Shown here: piece after piece, positions 12,113 to 24,869 of the stretch | Position numbering within the stretch: position 1 is the first letter of the stretch | Layout of the letters: the number at the start of each line of letters is the position of its first letter | DNA from: Selaginella moellendorffii | Lineage: Eukaryota > Plantae > Lycopodiophyta | Assembly (NCBI RefSeq): GCF_000143415.4 | Contig: NW_003314274.1 | Coordinates: 1,502,851-1,566,850 of the forward strand | Length of the DNA stretch: 64,000 nt | Direction of reading: 5' to 3' | Position numbers and translations under genes: made by a program | The notes under the pieces: model-generated | Databases searched by the model: none | What the model was told of the DNA's origin: nothing | What the model saw: the letters and a program-made list of their open reading frames with translations, nothing else

Positions 12113-13060
12113 TGGTTGCGTTGCAGGCCACCAAACGTACGATATTGGTCACTTTTTGGAACCATGAGATAGTGCTCACAGATGGAAAGGCCAATGATAT
12201 TTCCACATAAGATAGGAGATCACATCATGGTAGGAGGTTTTCACTAGATAATAATAAATAATCCACCTCTATCCATTCACAATAACTTTGGTAAGTGGGT
12301 TATCGTTGATCTAAATTCGACACTGGTCATGAACTTTCTAGCAAGCTCCTCTTTAAGGTTCTATGTTGCTGTTGTGATTGAGATTGCTAAAGGTTGTAAG
12401 TTTATCTTGGTCTTTCTTTTCAATCCATCAATGGTCCCTTAAGCATCCATTGATCTTGTTCGTGCTTGTATTTTCTTTTCTTTTGTAAGATGTATCATGT
12501 GAACTCCATGGGTTTGATCTTTGTGTAAACTTCTATCAAGTTCCCAGTGTCAAGTTCACCCTTCTCCTAAAAAGTAAACTATGCCACACCTTGAGCTGAC
12601 AAAGAAAAAAAAATTGGTGAAGAATATATTCTTAATCCCTTGTATCAATTATTTGCTCAATCATCTTTGTAGTGTTTGGTATTTTACAAAGATTGATTTG
12701 AAGTCAAGGTATTATTAAATTTGTGTCAAGTTGAAAGATGTTCCAAAAATGCCATTCCAAACAAAGATGGGTTATTACGAGTTTTTAGTGATGCTATTTT
12801 TTGTTTAATTTTGCATTGCTAATGAACTTCTAATGGTTACAATGATGAAATCCAAGTGAGGAACCATGTGAACGGTTCTTACTTGCCCATTACTTCTACA
12901 ACATTATGATTCAAGCTTTCTATAATTCCTCCCAAAGCCCTTTAAGGCTTAATCACCTCAAAAGTTAATTGAAGTGTTGAGTTAGCGTGTAGAATTAGGA
13001 TCAAACTTGTTATGGGGAGAATTACCCAAATACTTAAATTCTGCAAAAGAATACATGTGT

Positions 13061-13134
13061 TGGCCCATGCAGGTCTCGAACCTGCGACCCTTGCGTTATG
13101 AGCGCGACGCTCTAACCGACTGAGCTAATAGGCC
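13061..13134 (-). tRNA. tRNA with plant cytosolic tRNA-Ile(AAU)-type body but a CAU anticodon
   Basis: Reverse complement GGCCTATTAGCTCAGTCGGTTAGAGCGTCGCGCT-CAT-AACGCAAGGGTCGCAGGTTCGAGACCTGCATGGGCCA; intact A and B boxes and cloverleaf; T4 run about 12 nt downstream. Confidence 0.85.
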
Positions 13135-13181
13135 AATCTGCTCAATAGGGTTTGCTCACGAATTCGTTGGACCAAGGAGAC

Positions 13182-13774
13182 CTAGATTGCCATGGCGTAT
13201 GCCGTGGCAATGGCGTACATTGTCTTGTTCTCCCAACGCATCGTACGGCTACCTAGAAGAAAAGCTTACTGGTGATTGGTATGTAGTTAGTTCAGATTTA
13301 CCGTCGGCTAGTGGATCCCAAAAGCAAGAGCTTGCCGTGACAAGCCCAGCGCCGTTCTTTTGCATGATCATACAGGTAACTATGGAGGAAGATTTAATAG
13401 AAATTTCAATAGGGCAAAGAGGGGACGGAATTTTTACCAATATACTTGAAGGGCTTGTTTAGATTTACGAGCTTGGCCATGCATTTCTCGCAGACTGTGG
13501 ATGTCCATTGGCCGATCTATAAGAAGATCGCCACTGATCGCATAGAGGTAAGACACACACAAATTTTTTGATGAATTTAATCCAAAGCTTGCCTTGTGAT
13601 GCATGAATTGGGAGCTTGCGAGCGATTCATCGAGGCATTCCTTGAGGATGTTGTTCACGTCATCGCCATTGAATTTGGGCTGCGACAAGAGCAGATTGAT
13701 CGATGGATTTGCGGGAGAATTTCTTCACTCACATCGATTGCCGGCTCGCTTGCTTCTGCCGCCGCAGCCGCCAT
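13182..13774 (-). CDS. Dynein light chain, Tctex-1 type
   Basis: Spliced: ...[22 protein letters not shown]...[23 protein letters not shown]|[27 protein letters not shown]|[22 protein letters not shown]. Confidence 0.93.
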
Positions 13775-14014
13775 TCTTCCGATCAGCTTGAAATCGCGAA
13801 AAAAATTCCAGGAAGAATCGATCAAAGCGCCCTCGATCCTTCTTCCTTCTTCGTCAGATCAACAGAGGCGCTCCAAGGTTTAGGGTATTTAGCGCCACCT
13901 GGGAAACTACCTTTTGTGACGTGGAGAATGTTTTGTGAATAAATGCCACGTTGCAAACTACTTTTCTGACGTGTGGAATATACTTTATGAGTCTAGGGCT
14001 AACACTTACAAGCT

Positions 14015-15393
14015 ATGGATGCCAGGCGCCATGTCTGGGAGGGCGCGATCCCCATTTCTTTTCAGCTGGATCCTTCCGAGATTGCTACGGCGCCAGCTCC
14101 TCTTCCGCTTCTGGTAAGATTTCGATTGTCCTGGTGCAAATGCAAATCTTGCTCTTTCATCGAAAGAATTTCCATTCCAAACATCTAAAATCTCGTGCTT
14201 GATGCGTTGTAGCTAATGGCTGCTCGGAATGGATACCTCCCCCTCCTCGCTAATCGAATCCGGCAGTATTTCCAGAACGCTGTCTTGTCTTCTCCTTCGT
14301 CTTCTACCCCTTCCAGCGATCAGATTCTGTGGTTCGATTTCAAAGGTTTGCCTCTCAAATGGTATAATCTAGCTAGAACTTCCTTGTCACTTAAGATTTC
14401 TTTGGTCTTTTTAATTGTTTCTTTGGATGGATAGGCACATTCCTACTGGTGTTCTGTTTGACTTGCTGTGTCTTGAGCCACAAAGGCCGTGGGATCTCAC
14501 AGTAAGAATCTTTTCTACAGAGCCTTGTGTTTAGCGGCTGATATGACAGGTCCATTTTCGGGGCTATCCTTCCGAGATGATGGCTCCTTACGAGGGCGAT
14601 GAAGCTGTGAAATGGAGCTTCATGAACACTCTGAAAGAGGTAACGCAATTGTTGTTTGTATGGCCTGTAAGTTCGAATACTTTGTCCAGGCGTCGTACAT
14701 CATTCGTGGAAACACGAAGAACGTCATGGACTTGACACAGAACGACCAGAACAACCTGTGGAGCAGCATTGTGAAAGGTTTGCGACCTGTGTTTGATGTG
14801 GAAACTATATCTGTAGTTTGCTACTTCAGGGGATATGGAAGAACACGATCGCATCGCAGCTCAGTTTGTTGGTCCTGGGAGAATCGAAGGCAAGCCAGGT
14901 AGCTAGAAATGGTGATATGGTTTAGCTGTTTCACTCTATCAACTTGGACTCCAGGGAAGGTACCTCTACGCCTTTACGTTCGTGCTGTGAACGGCGGTCT
15001 GGATGATCCTTTCTCTTTAGCCCCAGTCAAAAGCTGGAACGAAGTGATGATTCTGACGAGACCCGTAGAAATTCTTCGCCAAGAAGAAGGTGAGCTTGTA
15101 ATCTTTCTTTTGCCTAGTTTCACTTACCTTCTGTTTGAGCAGGCCTAGCGTTCACCTTAGGAGACGCACTGGTGAAAGTTCTGCCTCAATATTTTGGTAG
15201 CAGCTCCGAAGATCCCGAGCATAGCAGTAGCGATTCTAGAGTTGACGAATACGGACCGGGTGTACAGTTCGATGGCACGGTCAAAATTCAGGGAATTCAG
15301 CCCAACCTCGACTTGCCTTTCGACTGGGTGGCCAGAAATTTGGCTGGACAAGAGCATTTCACCCACGTCTGCCTGTGGGTGCCCGGGAAATAA
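14015..15393 (+). CDS. ATG5: Autophagy protein 5
   Basis: MDARRHVWEGAIPISFQL..., RNGYLPLL, WFDFKGLPLKW|HIPTGVLFDLL...RPWDLT|VHFRGYP, FMNTLKE|ASYI, VKIQGIQP; multiple short introns. Confidence 0.95.
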
Positions 15394-15476
15394 AGCTGAC
15401 AACGTTTCTGTAAGTCAATTGTATCATTCTTTAGCTTAGCTCCTCGACACTAGGGTTTTGTTTCGCTTCCATTTCA

Positions 15477-17018
15477 ATGGAGAGCTCCTCGAGAAAGCAC
15501 CATGTCCGCTGCATTGTGAAACTTGGTAAGTTTTCTCTTGTGAGTTTTATTTGGTGCTCACTATTTCCTGTGTGCCTTCCAGGAGGCGCAGCTATTACTT
15601 TCAAGGACAAACTCGAAGCTTTGAACCGCGAGAGTTTGTCTAGGACTAGCTTGCAGCTCCACGAAGCCATGGGAGGTGGCGTGTCTTTCAACATGGATTG
15701 GAGCAAAAATCTAGAAGTGCCAGATCCCATTGACATGGAGCTCCATCAGAAGCATGCCTTCGTTGTGGTCCATGGTGCAGGTATGATTTCAACACATTTT
15801 GTTCTAAGATTGTTGTTACTGTAGTCCTGGACTAAAGCTTGTAGCTGTTTGCTTAAACAGGTTCTTTCGGGCACTTCCAAGCCAGCATTTCTGGTGTCAA
15901 TAAGGGAGGCTTGGACAACTCGCTGCTCGTAAATGCAGGTTTTGTCGCAACAAGATTATCAGTTAAGTTGATCCATTTCTCCTCTAGTGACACATAATTT
16001 TCTGTAACAATCAGGTCACTAAACTCAATCACAAAGTGATCCGAGCGCTTGCATCACGTGAGTACTTTGTTGATCATTTGTGAGAAAACGTAACTATCTC
16101 AAATTCAGAGGGTATTCCTGCTGTTGGCATGCCCCCATTTGCTGCTGGGTGGTCAACTCATAAGCGCATCGTAGGTAGTAGCTTTCTTGACGTCGTGTTA
16201 CGCATATGTTTTTTCTGCAGCTAGATTGCGACAATGTTTCTGGAGTAAGGGAAGTTGTCGATGCTGGCTTTGTGCCCGTAAGTTTTGTTTTCTTTTATCC
16301 CTTGGACTCTTACGAAAGAACTTGCAGGTCTTGCACGGTGATGCTGTGCGCGATAGCCATCAGGTAAGTTTTCCGTAGCCTGACTTCCAGGTAACTTTTT
16401 ACTTTTTTACCAGGGCTGCTGCATTCTGAGTGGAGATGTTATCGTCCGCCGCCTTGCGGAGGAACTACAGCCTAGCTATGTCGTCTTTCTTGTATACTGA
16501 TTTTTCTCTTTTTCTCTTTTGCTTCGTTTTGAAGTATTTCCCTGACTGAATCGCAGACAAACGTTCCTGGGGTTTTTGATCGTCCACCGTCAGAAGAAAA
16601 TGCAGTTTTACTGCAAGAGATTGGTACGTTTTGAGCTTTTGGCGATGGCACTTAATTTTATTTCCTAGTTGTCTACGAGGATGGGACTTGGAGCATTGCA
16701 AGACCACGACTTGAGGCCCCAGGTAATCTTCTCACTTTAACTTCTCAATCTACTAGACTCGTTCGCTTGCAGTGAAAACCGAGATGGCCTCTCATGATAC
16801 CACTGGAGGAATGGCTACAAAGATCGCTGAGGCAGCTTCCATCTCTCGGCTGGGAATGGATGTCTACATTGTGGAGGTACAAAGCTCTTTTCTTCCTTTT
16901 TCTTCTGATCTATCATTTCGTAACATAGGCTGGAACCGAGCACGCTCTCCAAGCTTTGAAAGGAAACATCGAACAAAACTGGATTGGAACAATCGTGAGG
17001 AAAGCGAACTCTACTTAA
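15477..17018 (+). CDS. IPK: Isopentenyl phosphate kinase (amino-acid kinase family)
   Basis: CIVKL|GGAAITFK, VVVHGA|GSFGHFQAS, LHGDAVRD, ILSGDVI, HDTTGGMATKIAEA, WIGTIV motifs across exons. Confidence 0.9.
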
Positions 17019-17737
17019 TCTTCACTGTGAGACAAATTCGAAACTTACACTGGATTTTTAGCTCGAAGTAAGTTCTCTAGCCTGGCGCTTACCAAAGTGG
17101 AAGGAAAAAACTTCGCTTGGACTCGTAAGTTTCGTGGTAGATAAGAAATTTTCAATGCCAAGCCAACAACAAACTATCAAAGCATTGGAATGTGGTCAAT
17201 TTGAGGATACGCTACATGGCTGGGACGACGTAAATGGGAGAAATATTCCTATCGTAAGTCCACGATGTTTCGTGCGGCACACGAAGATCCCATGGAATTT
17301 TTAACGCCTCCAAAACAATGTGTGGAGAGGCATTACCTACCAGCCCATATGCTTTGACCCCCAATCTCTGCCGTACGTGCCGTGGCGGTGTCAACGGTCA
17401 CGATGCGCGGTAGGGCTCTTCGCATTGTGGAGAAGAGTAGCTTGGCCAAAAGCTAACCCACTGTGGACGTTTGTGTTTGCCCTACTGTAGTGGTCGCAAT
17501 CAGCTACAGTGACGCTCGCCCAGGGCCTTTATCTTCGGTGCGCGCGCCAGGGTTTCTCGCACTGCCGTCTCGACTAGCAGCGGCCTCCAGATCCAGATCC
17601 ACGACAATCTCGGCGCTGCTCGCGAGGTGAGGCACCGCTCGCGATTCCAGCTCGATTCTTCGCGAAATCTCTTCCGCATTTTGATCTAGATCTAGATCTT
17701 GATCCAAATTTCGTTGCTTTGTGCCAGATCCTGTGCC

Positions 17738-20728
17738 ATGGCGTCTCACATTGCTGGCTACCCTCGCATGGGCCCGAAGAGAGAGCTCAAGTTCGCTCTC
17801 GAGTCATTCTGGGATGGGAAGTCGAGCGCTGCGGATTTGGAGAAGACTGCCAAGGATCTGCGCGCCTCGATCTGGAAGCAGATGTCCGACGCCGGGGTTT
17901 CATTCATCCCCAGCAATACATTCTCCTACTATGATCAGGTCCTCGATACCACGGCCATGGTGGGAGCTGTTCCTCCCAGATATGGCTGGACTGGTGGAGA
18001 TGTGGCCTTCGACACCTATTTCTCCATGGCGAGAGGGAATGCCAAGCAACCGGCTATGGAGATGACGAAATGGTTCGACACTAACTAGTAAGTATCTGGC
18101 TAGTTCATGTGATTTGTGGTGGAATTGCTAACGTTGTGGAAATTTTGGGCAGCCACTACATCGTCCCTGAGCTCGGTCCCGAGGTTAAGTTCACGCTATC
18201 CTCGCGCAAGGTTTTGGAGGAATACACTGAAGCGAAAGAGGTTGGTTTTATGGTTTCTTTGATTCTTGCTGGATGTAATTCTTGGATGGTTTGCAGCTCG
18301 GCATTGAGACTGTTCCAGTTCTGGTCGGACCATTCACTTACCTGTCGCTGGCAAAGCCTGCTAAAGGAGTTGCCAAGGACTTCGATCTTCTTGGGCTTTT
18401 GGAGGATCTCTTACCCGTCTACAAGTACTTTAAAATGTCCATTGTCATTTTTACTGAAGTGAGGTTCCAGGGAAGTGATTGGCGAGCTGAAAAGTGCCGG
18501 TGCCAAATGGATTCAGTTCGACGAACCAGCTCTTGTTCTGGATTTGGAGTCCCACAAGTATGATGTCTTTAAGAAGGCGTACTCCGACCTGGCACCGAGC
18601 TTTGGCGATCTTAAGCTTTTGGTGGTGACGTACTTTGCGGATCTTCCAGCTCCGGCCTACGAGTAAGCGGATAATTTCCTGCCGTTTATCCATCTCATGT
18701 TTGTATATGCAGGCTGCTCACTGGACTTGAATGTGTGGATGGTGTGGGACTTGACTTGGTTCGCGGCACCAAGACTGTTGAATTGATCAAGGTAGCAGGG
18801 TTTCCTTCCTCGAAGAAGCTGTTCGCCGGTGTCGTTGATGGTCGTAACATTTGGGCCAATGACCTCGCTTCATCGCTCACGTTGCTCGGGGAACTGGAGA
18901 GCAAGCTGGGGAAAGGAAACGTTGTGGTATCGACGTCGTCTTCACTTCTCCACACAGCAGTTGATCTCAAGAACGAGACTAAACTCGACGCTGAGCTCAA
19001 GTCTTGGCTAGCATTTGCTGCTCAGAAGATCGTCGAAGTCGTTAGTCTTGCTGGGGCTCTCGGTGGAAAGAAGGATGAGGTGCGTTCATAGATTTCATGT
19101 TTTGCATTTCTAAGTATTTGTTCGTCTCCAGGAGTTCTTTGCGGCCAATGCATCTGCTCAGGCCTCTAGGAAGACGTCTCCTAGAGTCCACAACGACGAA
19201 GTGAAGAAGGCGGTAAGCCCGTCCTAGAATCCCCCCTTCATGGCATTAATCCATGTACTTGGTGTCTCAGGCTGCTGCCCTTCAAGGATCGGAGCACAGG
19301 CGTGCAACTCCTGTGGCAGATCGTCTTGATGAACAACAAAAGCACTTAAAGCTTCCTATTCTGCCAACAACTACAATTGGATCTTTCCCTCAGACAGCTG
19401 ACCTGCGCCGAGTGCGACGTGATGTGAAGAGCAAGAAGTAAGTGAAGACTTTTAGACAGGATTCTATCTTATGCATCCGTGCATCCGTGTGATCAGGATA
19501 AGCGAGGAAGAGTACGTGACGGCCATCAAATCTGAAATCGCCAGCGTTGTGAAGCTCCAGGAGGAGCTTGATATTGACGTCCTCGTCCACGGAGAACCCG
19601 AGGTAGGATTTGGCAGATTCCATAACTGATCTAATCTACATTGTCCTTTTTCGCCAGAGAAACGACATGGTTGAGTACTTCGGTGAGCAGCTGCAAGGTT
19701 TTGCTTTCACCGTCAACGGATGGGTACAGTCCTACGGATCCCGGTGTGTAAAGCCACCCATCATCTACGGAGATGTGAGCAGGCCCAAGGCAATGACTGT
19801 CGAGTGGTCTTCCTACTCGCAGAGCCTCACTAAGAGGCCCATGAAGGGAATGCTCACGGGACCCGTGACAATTTTGAACTGGTCCTTCGTCAGAAATGAC
19901 CAGCCGAGGTGAGCTTTTGTCTTTCTCATCGACATCTTTGCTAACTGGTCTTACGTTTCATTCATTCACCACAGAGAGAAAACCACGTACCAGATTGCCT
20001 TGTCCATCAAAGAGGAGGTCGAAGACCTTGAGAAAGCTGGCATCCATGTACGTTGTTCTATGGGTTTGTTTTGGCCGCGTGCTAACAAAAGCTATTCTGC
20101 CAGGTGATTCAAATCGACGAAGCTGCTCTACGAGAGGGTCTTCCTCTCCGCAAGTCCGAGCAGGCCGCCTACTTGAACTGGGCCGTCCATGGTTTCCGCA
20201 TCACGTCGTGCGGAGTGAAAGACACGACTCAGGTAAAAGACGCGACGAGTTTCTATAGCTTCGTGACTGACACTGGCGTTGTTTGAAATCCACAGATCCA
20301 CACCCATATGTGCTACTCCCACTTTAACGACATCATCACAGCCATCATCGACATGGACGCCGATGTGATCACGATCGAAAACTCTCGCTCGGATGAGAAG
20401 CTACTGTCCGTGTTCCGGGAGGGAGTCACGTATGGAGCCGGCATTGGACCCGGCGTGTACGACATCCACTCTCCGCGAATTCCAGACACCGAGGAGATGG
20501 CCGAGCGCATTCGCAAGGTACAAATCTTTCGCTTGGTTTCGCTCTGGAAGATCCTGATCGATCTTCTTTTTTTTTTACTAGATGCTTGCCGTCCTGGAAT
20601 CCAAGGTTTTGTGGGTGAACCCCGACTGTGGTCTCAAGACGCGAAAGTATGGCGAGGTTCTCCCGGCGCTCACTAACATGGTAAAGGCCGCCAAGATCCT
20701 TCGCGCGGAGCTAGCCAGCACTCACTGA
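17738..20728 (+). CDS. METE: Cobalamin-independent methionine synthase
   Basis: [25 protein letters not shown]..., [16 protein letters not shown]|[41 protein letters not shown]; 5'UTR intron at about 17627-17727. Confidence 0.98.
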
Positions 20729-21008
20729 TCGATCCCCTCACCTGGAAAGCGAGAATTTTTTCCTCTATGGCAAAATAATTTCTAAAGTGAAATGCTATTT
20801 TGGCGAGTTTTATCTTAATTGTTTAAGCAAGAAAATGCGAATTGGTAAAGTGTAAGAAAATGCGCATAAATTGAATTAAGAAAGGGGTAGATTGTGCGTG
20901 GAATCGATCCGGTGCCACATTTTTCCCGCTCCGATTCAAAATTTTCTATCGGATATATAAGCAAGGCCGGCTGGCTTTAACGCATAGGGTTTTGCGAGCG
21001 CTTTGGAG

Positions 21009-22690
21009 ATGGTATGGCTCGTGTTCTTCCTTGTTCGAGATGGTAATTCTTTGTTCTTGCTCTTCCAGGCGCAATCTCTTGCTGTGAAGCCGAAGACGGA
21101 GATTACCGAGAAGGAATCGCTTCAGCTGGTAAGCGCGCCGATCCGGAAGATCGCGGCATTGCTCAGTCGTTCTTTTCCAGACTAGAAACCTCCTCCGGAT
21201 CGCCGTCTTCAACATCAGCTACATCCGGGGATTGTTTGACGAGAAGTACTTCGCCGACACTCCCATTCCAGGCATTGGTAATGCGATTGCTAACGTTCTT
21301 TGGCCGGAAACTGACAGAGATTTCGAGCAGATATGAAGGTCAAGAGGCTTCTTCCCTACGACAATGAGTCCCGGAGATTGATCGACTGGATTGAAAAAGG
21401 TTTTTGTTCTTTTTTTCTTGTCGAGAGATTTTCACTTCCCTGATATTTTTTTCATATCGTTCCTCAGGAGTGTATGATGCGCTGCAAAAGAAATACCTGA
21501 GATCGATGATGTTTTCCATTTGTAGCGGAGACGATGGGCCTCTGATTGAGGAGTATGAGTGTAAGTACCAAACGTCTCATTCCTATTTCAGCTCTTTGAT
21601 TTTTTCCAATGGCAATGCAGTCTCCTTCACCTACCCGGAAAATTCATGCGAAATGACGATTGCTCGGGCTGGAGATGAGAAATCCGGCAGAAACGTCAGC
21701 TCGGGCGATAAGACGATGAAGTCAATGAAGTAAGTAGTATTCTCGTAAAACTGACATAACGAGTTTTGGCTGGGCAGAAAATCCGTTTGCAGGATCGTGA
21801 GAACTCTCATTCAGCTTATGCGCACCCTTGACAACGTTCCAACCGAGGTAGATTTTCTTTGCTTGCTTGCCTCCAGCGAAACGATGTGATTGAATTACCC
21901 CTTGATCTCAGAGAACCATCATCATGAAGCTTCTATACTACGATCTAACGGTATGCCTTAATGTATGACGATGCTATCAACATTTTTGCAGCCGGAGGAT
22001 TACGAGCCTCCGTTTTTCAGGTGCTGCACTGAGGACGACCAGATGAAATGGGTGAAAACTCCTATCAGAGTGAAAGTAGGGGATCTAAACAGCAAGCACT
22101 ACGCTGTGGCTTTGAAGGTGCGTAGCATGTCTCGGTTTCCTTCTTCCTTTGACTTCTTCTCGTGCAGGTGAGAAGCACACTTGACCCTTGTGAGGACGAG
22201 AACGAGAGGAGAGACGAGAACGAGTGTGACGACTGCGAAGGTGATCAAACCGAGAAGGAACGCGTGGAGGTGGAAGCAAAGCTGCAGCAGCTCAAATGCA
22301 GCAGCAACGTCTCCACGATCGGTCTGTTTCGTACAGTCGGCTCCGAGGTGACCAGGCACGGAGACTCGGCTTCTGGCTTTTCAAAGAGGCCGCTATCTCC
22401 AACAACATCCATTTGCCAGGTACTCGATTGGTTAATGTTGCAAATTTTTTTTTTTTGTTCGTTGACGGATATGCTCTTTCAGCCGGCCATGTCCAAGGAA
22501 AGCACGATCCCGGCTAGAGGAGCGGCTGCTTTGGACTGTCATAGACTGAGCCAAGACTGCATGGACATGGACCGTATGAAAGCCAGCAAGGTAATTTGAA
22601 GATACTCGTCTTTCTTGAACTCGATTTTGATTTGTTGCGCAGGTGCAAGAGCCGATCTACCAGCCGGCAAAGAAAATGCGAAGCAGCTAG
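21009..22690 (+). CDS. ASY1: Meiotic HORMA-domain protein, ASY1/PAIR2-like
   Basis: EITEKESLQL|TRNLLRIAVFNISYIRGLFDEKYF, RLIDWIEKGVYDALQKKYL, RTIIMKLLYYD, PEDYEPPFFR; C-terminal KASK|VQEPIYQPAKKMRSS closure-like motif. Confidence 0.9.
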
Positions 22691-23002
22691 ACAGGAAGGC
22701 ATTCGGTTTGTATATAAACTTAGTTGTCGGACACGTGGACTCGCGGTTGTGCATCAGAGTAGCCCTAATTGTTCTGTCTTTCTTTCGTTGTTTTTTTCTC
22801 CTTCCTTCTCTCTGGTAAAGCGCTGCGAAAGCAGAGGTCAGTGGTTTTTCATTCTCGAGGATGCGCAGCTGACGATTTAATCCAATGCAGGGTGCTGGGA
22901 AACAAAAATGCGGCCAGTTTTTCGATTGACAGCGCCTTGAAACTACATGAGAGTGACGGATTTGAATGGCGTATATGCTGGAAACGCGTTCTGAGGCATG
23001 CT

Positions 23003-24382
23003 ATGGGCAAGCGTCTTTATCAACACTGGAAGGGACGAAATGTGAGCTCCCGGCTTTCGATTTATCTAGTTTTCCTCACTCCTTGTTGTGGCAGAAGTTT
23101 CTTTTTGGCGGAAGGCTTGTGCTTGGCCCGGATGCAAAGGCTGTAGCTATTACCGTCGTTTTGATTGTTGTCCCATCCATCGTTTTCTTCTCCTGCGTTG
23201 CAAGGTACCTTTTTGACGACTTTCCACACCGCAGTGGAGTGGCAATTCTGGTTATAGCAGTCTTATACCTTGCATGTGTAAGTTTTGTCTCGCTTTTCCC
23301 ATTCACTGATACGAGGACTGATTGATCGCTTCTCCATTCCAGGTGTTGACGTTCTTACTGCTCACCTCTAGTACAGACCCGGGCATTATACCTCGTAATC
23401 GCCATCCACCCGAAGTTGAGGACAGACCTCTGGATTTTGTATCTGGACAAAGCGGGAGAGTGCGGCTCCCACGAACCAAAGATGTCGTTGTAAACGGCAT
23501 TGCGGTCCGGACCAAGTACTGTGACACTTGTATGCTCTACAGGCCTCCTCGCTGCTCTCACTGCTCGGTGTGCAACAATTGCGTGGAGCGTTTTGATCAC
23601 CACTGTCCATGGGTTGGACAATGCATTGGCCAAGTAAGCTCTACTTCTTCCTGTTATCACTTACAGACCAGCTTTCCCCTTCTCTTGCAGAGGAACTACC
23701 GTTTCTTCTTTATGTTCGTGTCGTCGGCAACGCTCTTGTGCGTCTATGTGTTTGCGATGTGCACCGTCTACATCAAGTCCGTGATGGACGACCGCCAGTG
23801 CAGCGTGTGGACAGCCATGGCAAAGTCACCGGCGTCCATCCTCTTGATGGTCTACTCCTTCATATGCGTATGGTTTGTTGGAGGGCTTACTTTCTTCCAT
23901 CTCTACCTCATCAGCACGAACCAGGTGCCTCGTCCTTCGAGCACGCTGCTAGAAACCCACTCCATCTCTTACAGATTCTTTGCGTTTCTTTCGTGCAGAC
24001 CACCTACGAGAACTTCCGCTACCGCTACGAGAACAAGCTGAATCCGTACAACCTGGGCATGGCGAGCAACCTGCGCGACGTCTTCTGCGCGGCGATCCCG
24101 CCCTCCAAGAACAACTTCCGAGCATATGTTGACGACGAGGAGGACTCCCGGGACGAGGAAGCGCGCAGCCGGCACAGCGACTCCGGGGGCACCAAGACCA
24201 CCACACTCCCCAGCGAGGAGGAGGATCAAGAGCTCCACACTTGCGGGAACAGCAACGCGGACGAGATCCTGGAGGACGGAACCGAGTACGACTATGGCGG
24301 CGAGCAGTCCAGCCCCGTCAACTCCTCGTCCAGGCGCTCCAGTTGGGACCACAAGAGCGTCGGCGATCATAGCATCTGGTAG
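23003..24382 (+). CDS. DHHC-type protein S-acyltransferase
   Basis: [10 protein letters not shown]|[69 protein letters not shown]. Confidence 0.97.
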
Positions 24383-24869
24383 AGCTCATTGCTCGCTCGA
24401 GAAGAGTTAATTTTCTTCTGCGAATATTCTCTAACCGTATCCCAGTTAGCCATAAAAGTAAGAGCTCTAACAAGAAAAACATCGGAAGGCGGGAAGATCT
24501 TTTGGCTGTTTGGTCTCCAACTTGAGAATGCAAAATTTGCGAAATGGAAGAGCTTTGCTGATGCACACTCGAAGCTCCAATCATGCGATCAGATGCTAAG
24601 CATACGAATCACAAGATTGTTTAAGGAATCACACCTACATCCCATGAAATTTCCAAAAACTATCAATGTCAAATGAAGAATCCTAATGATCGCATCATTG
24701 CTTAGTTAAACAGATTGTAATCCATAGGAAAAAAGAAAGTAATAGAATTGATTTGGCATCCAATTAGAATATTCATTAACGGTGAGAAATTTTTTGTTCC
24801 AGACCGAGCATATTCTCCCAAACCAAGCAAAGCGCACTTACATTTCTAGGGCTCTTCGTCTCCTCCAAG

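Noticed and set aside
12150-13040. AT-rich stretch with coding-like patches, possible transposon relic
   Set aside because: No transposase motif or terminal repeats identifiable
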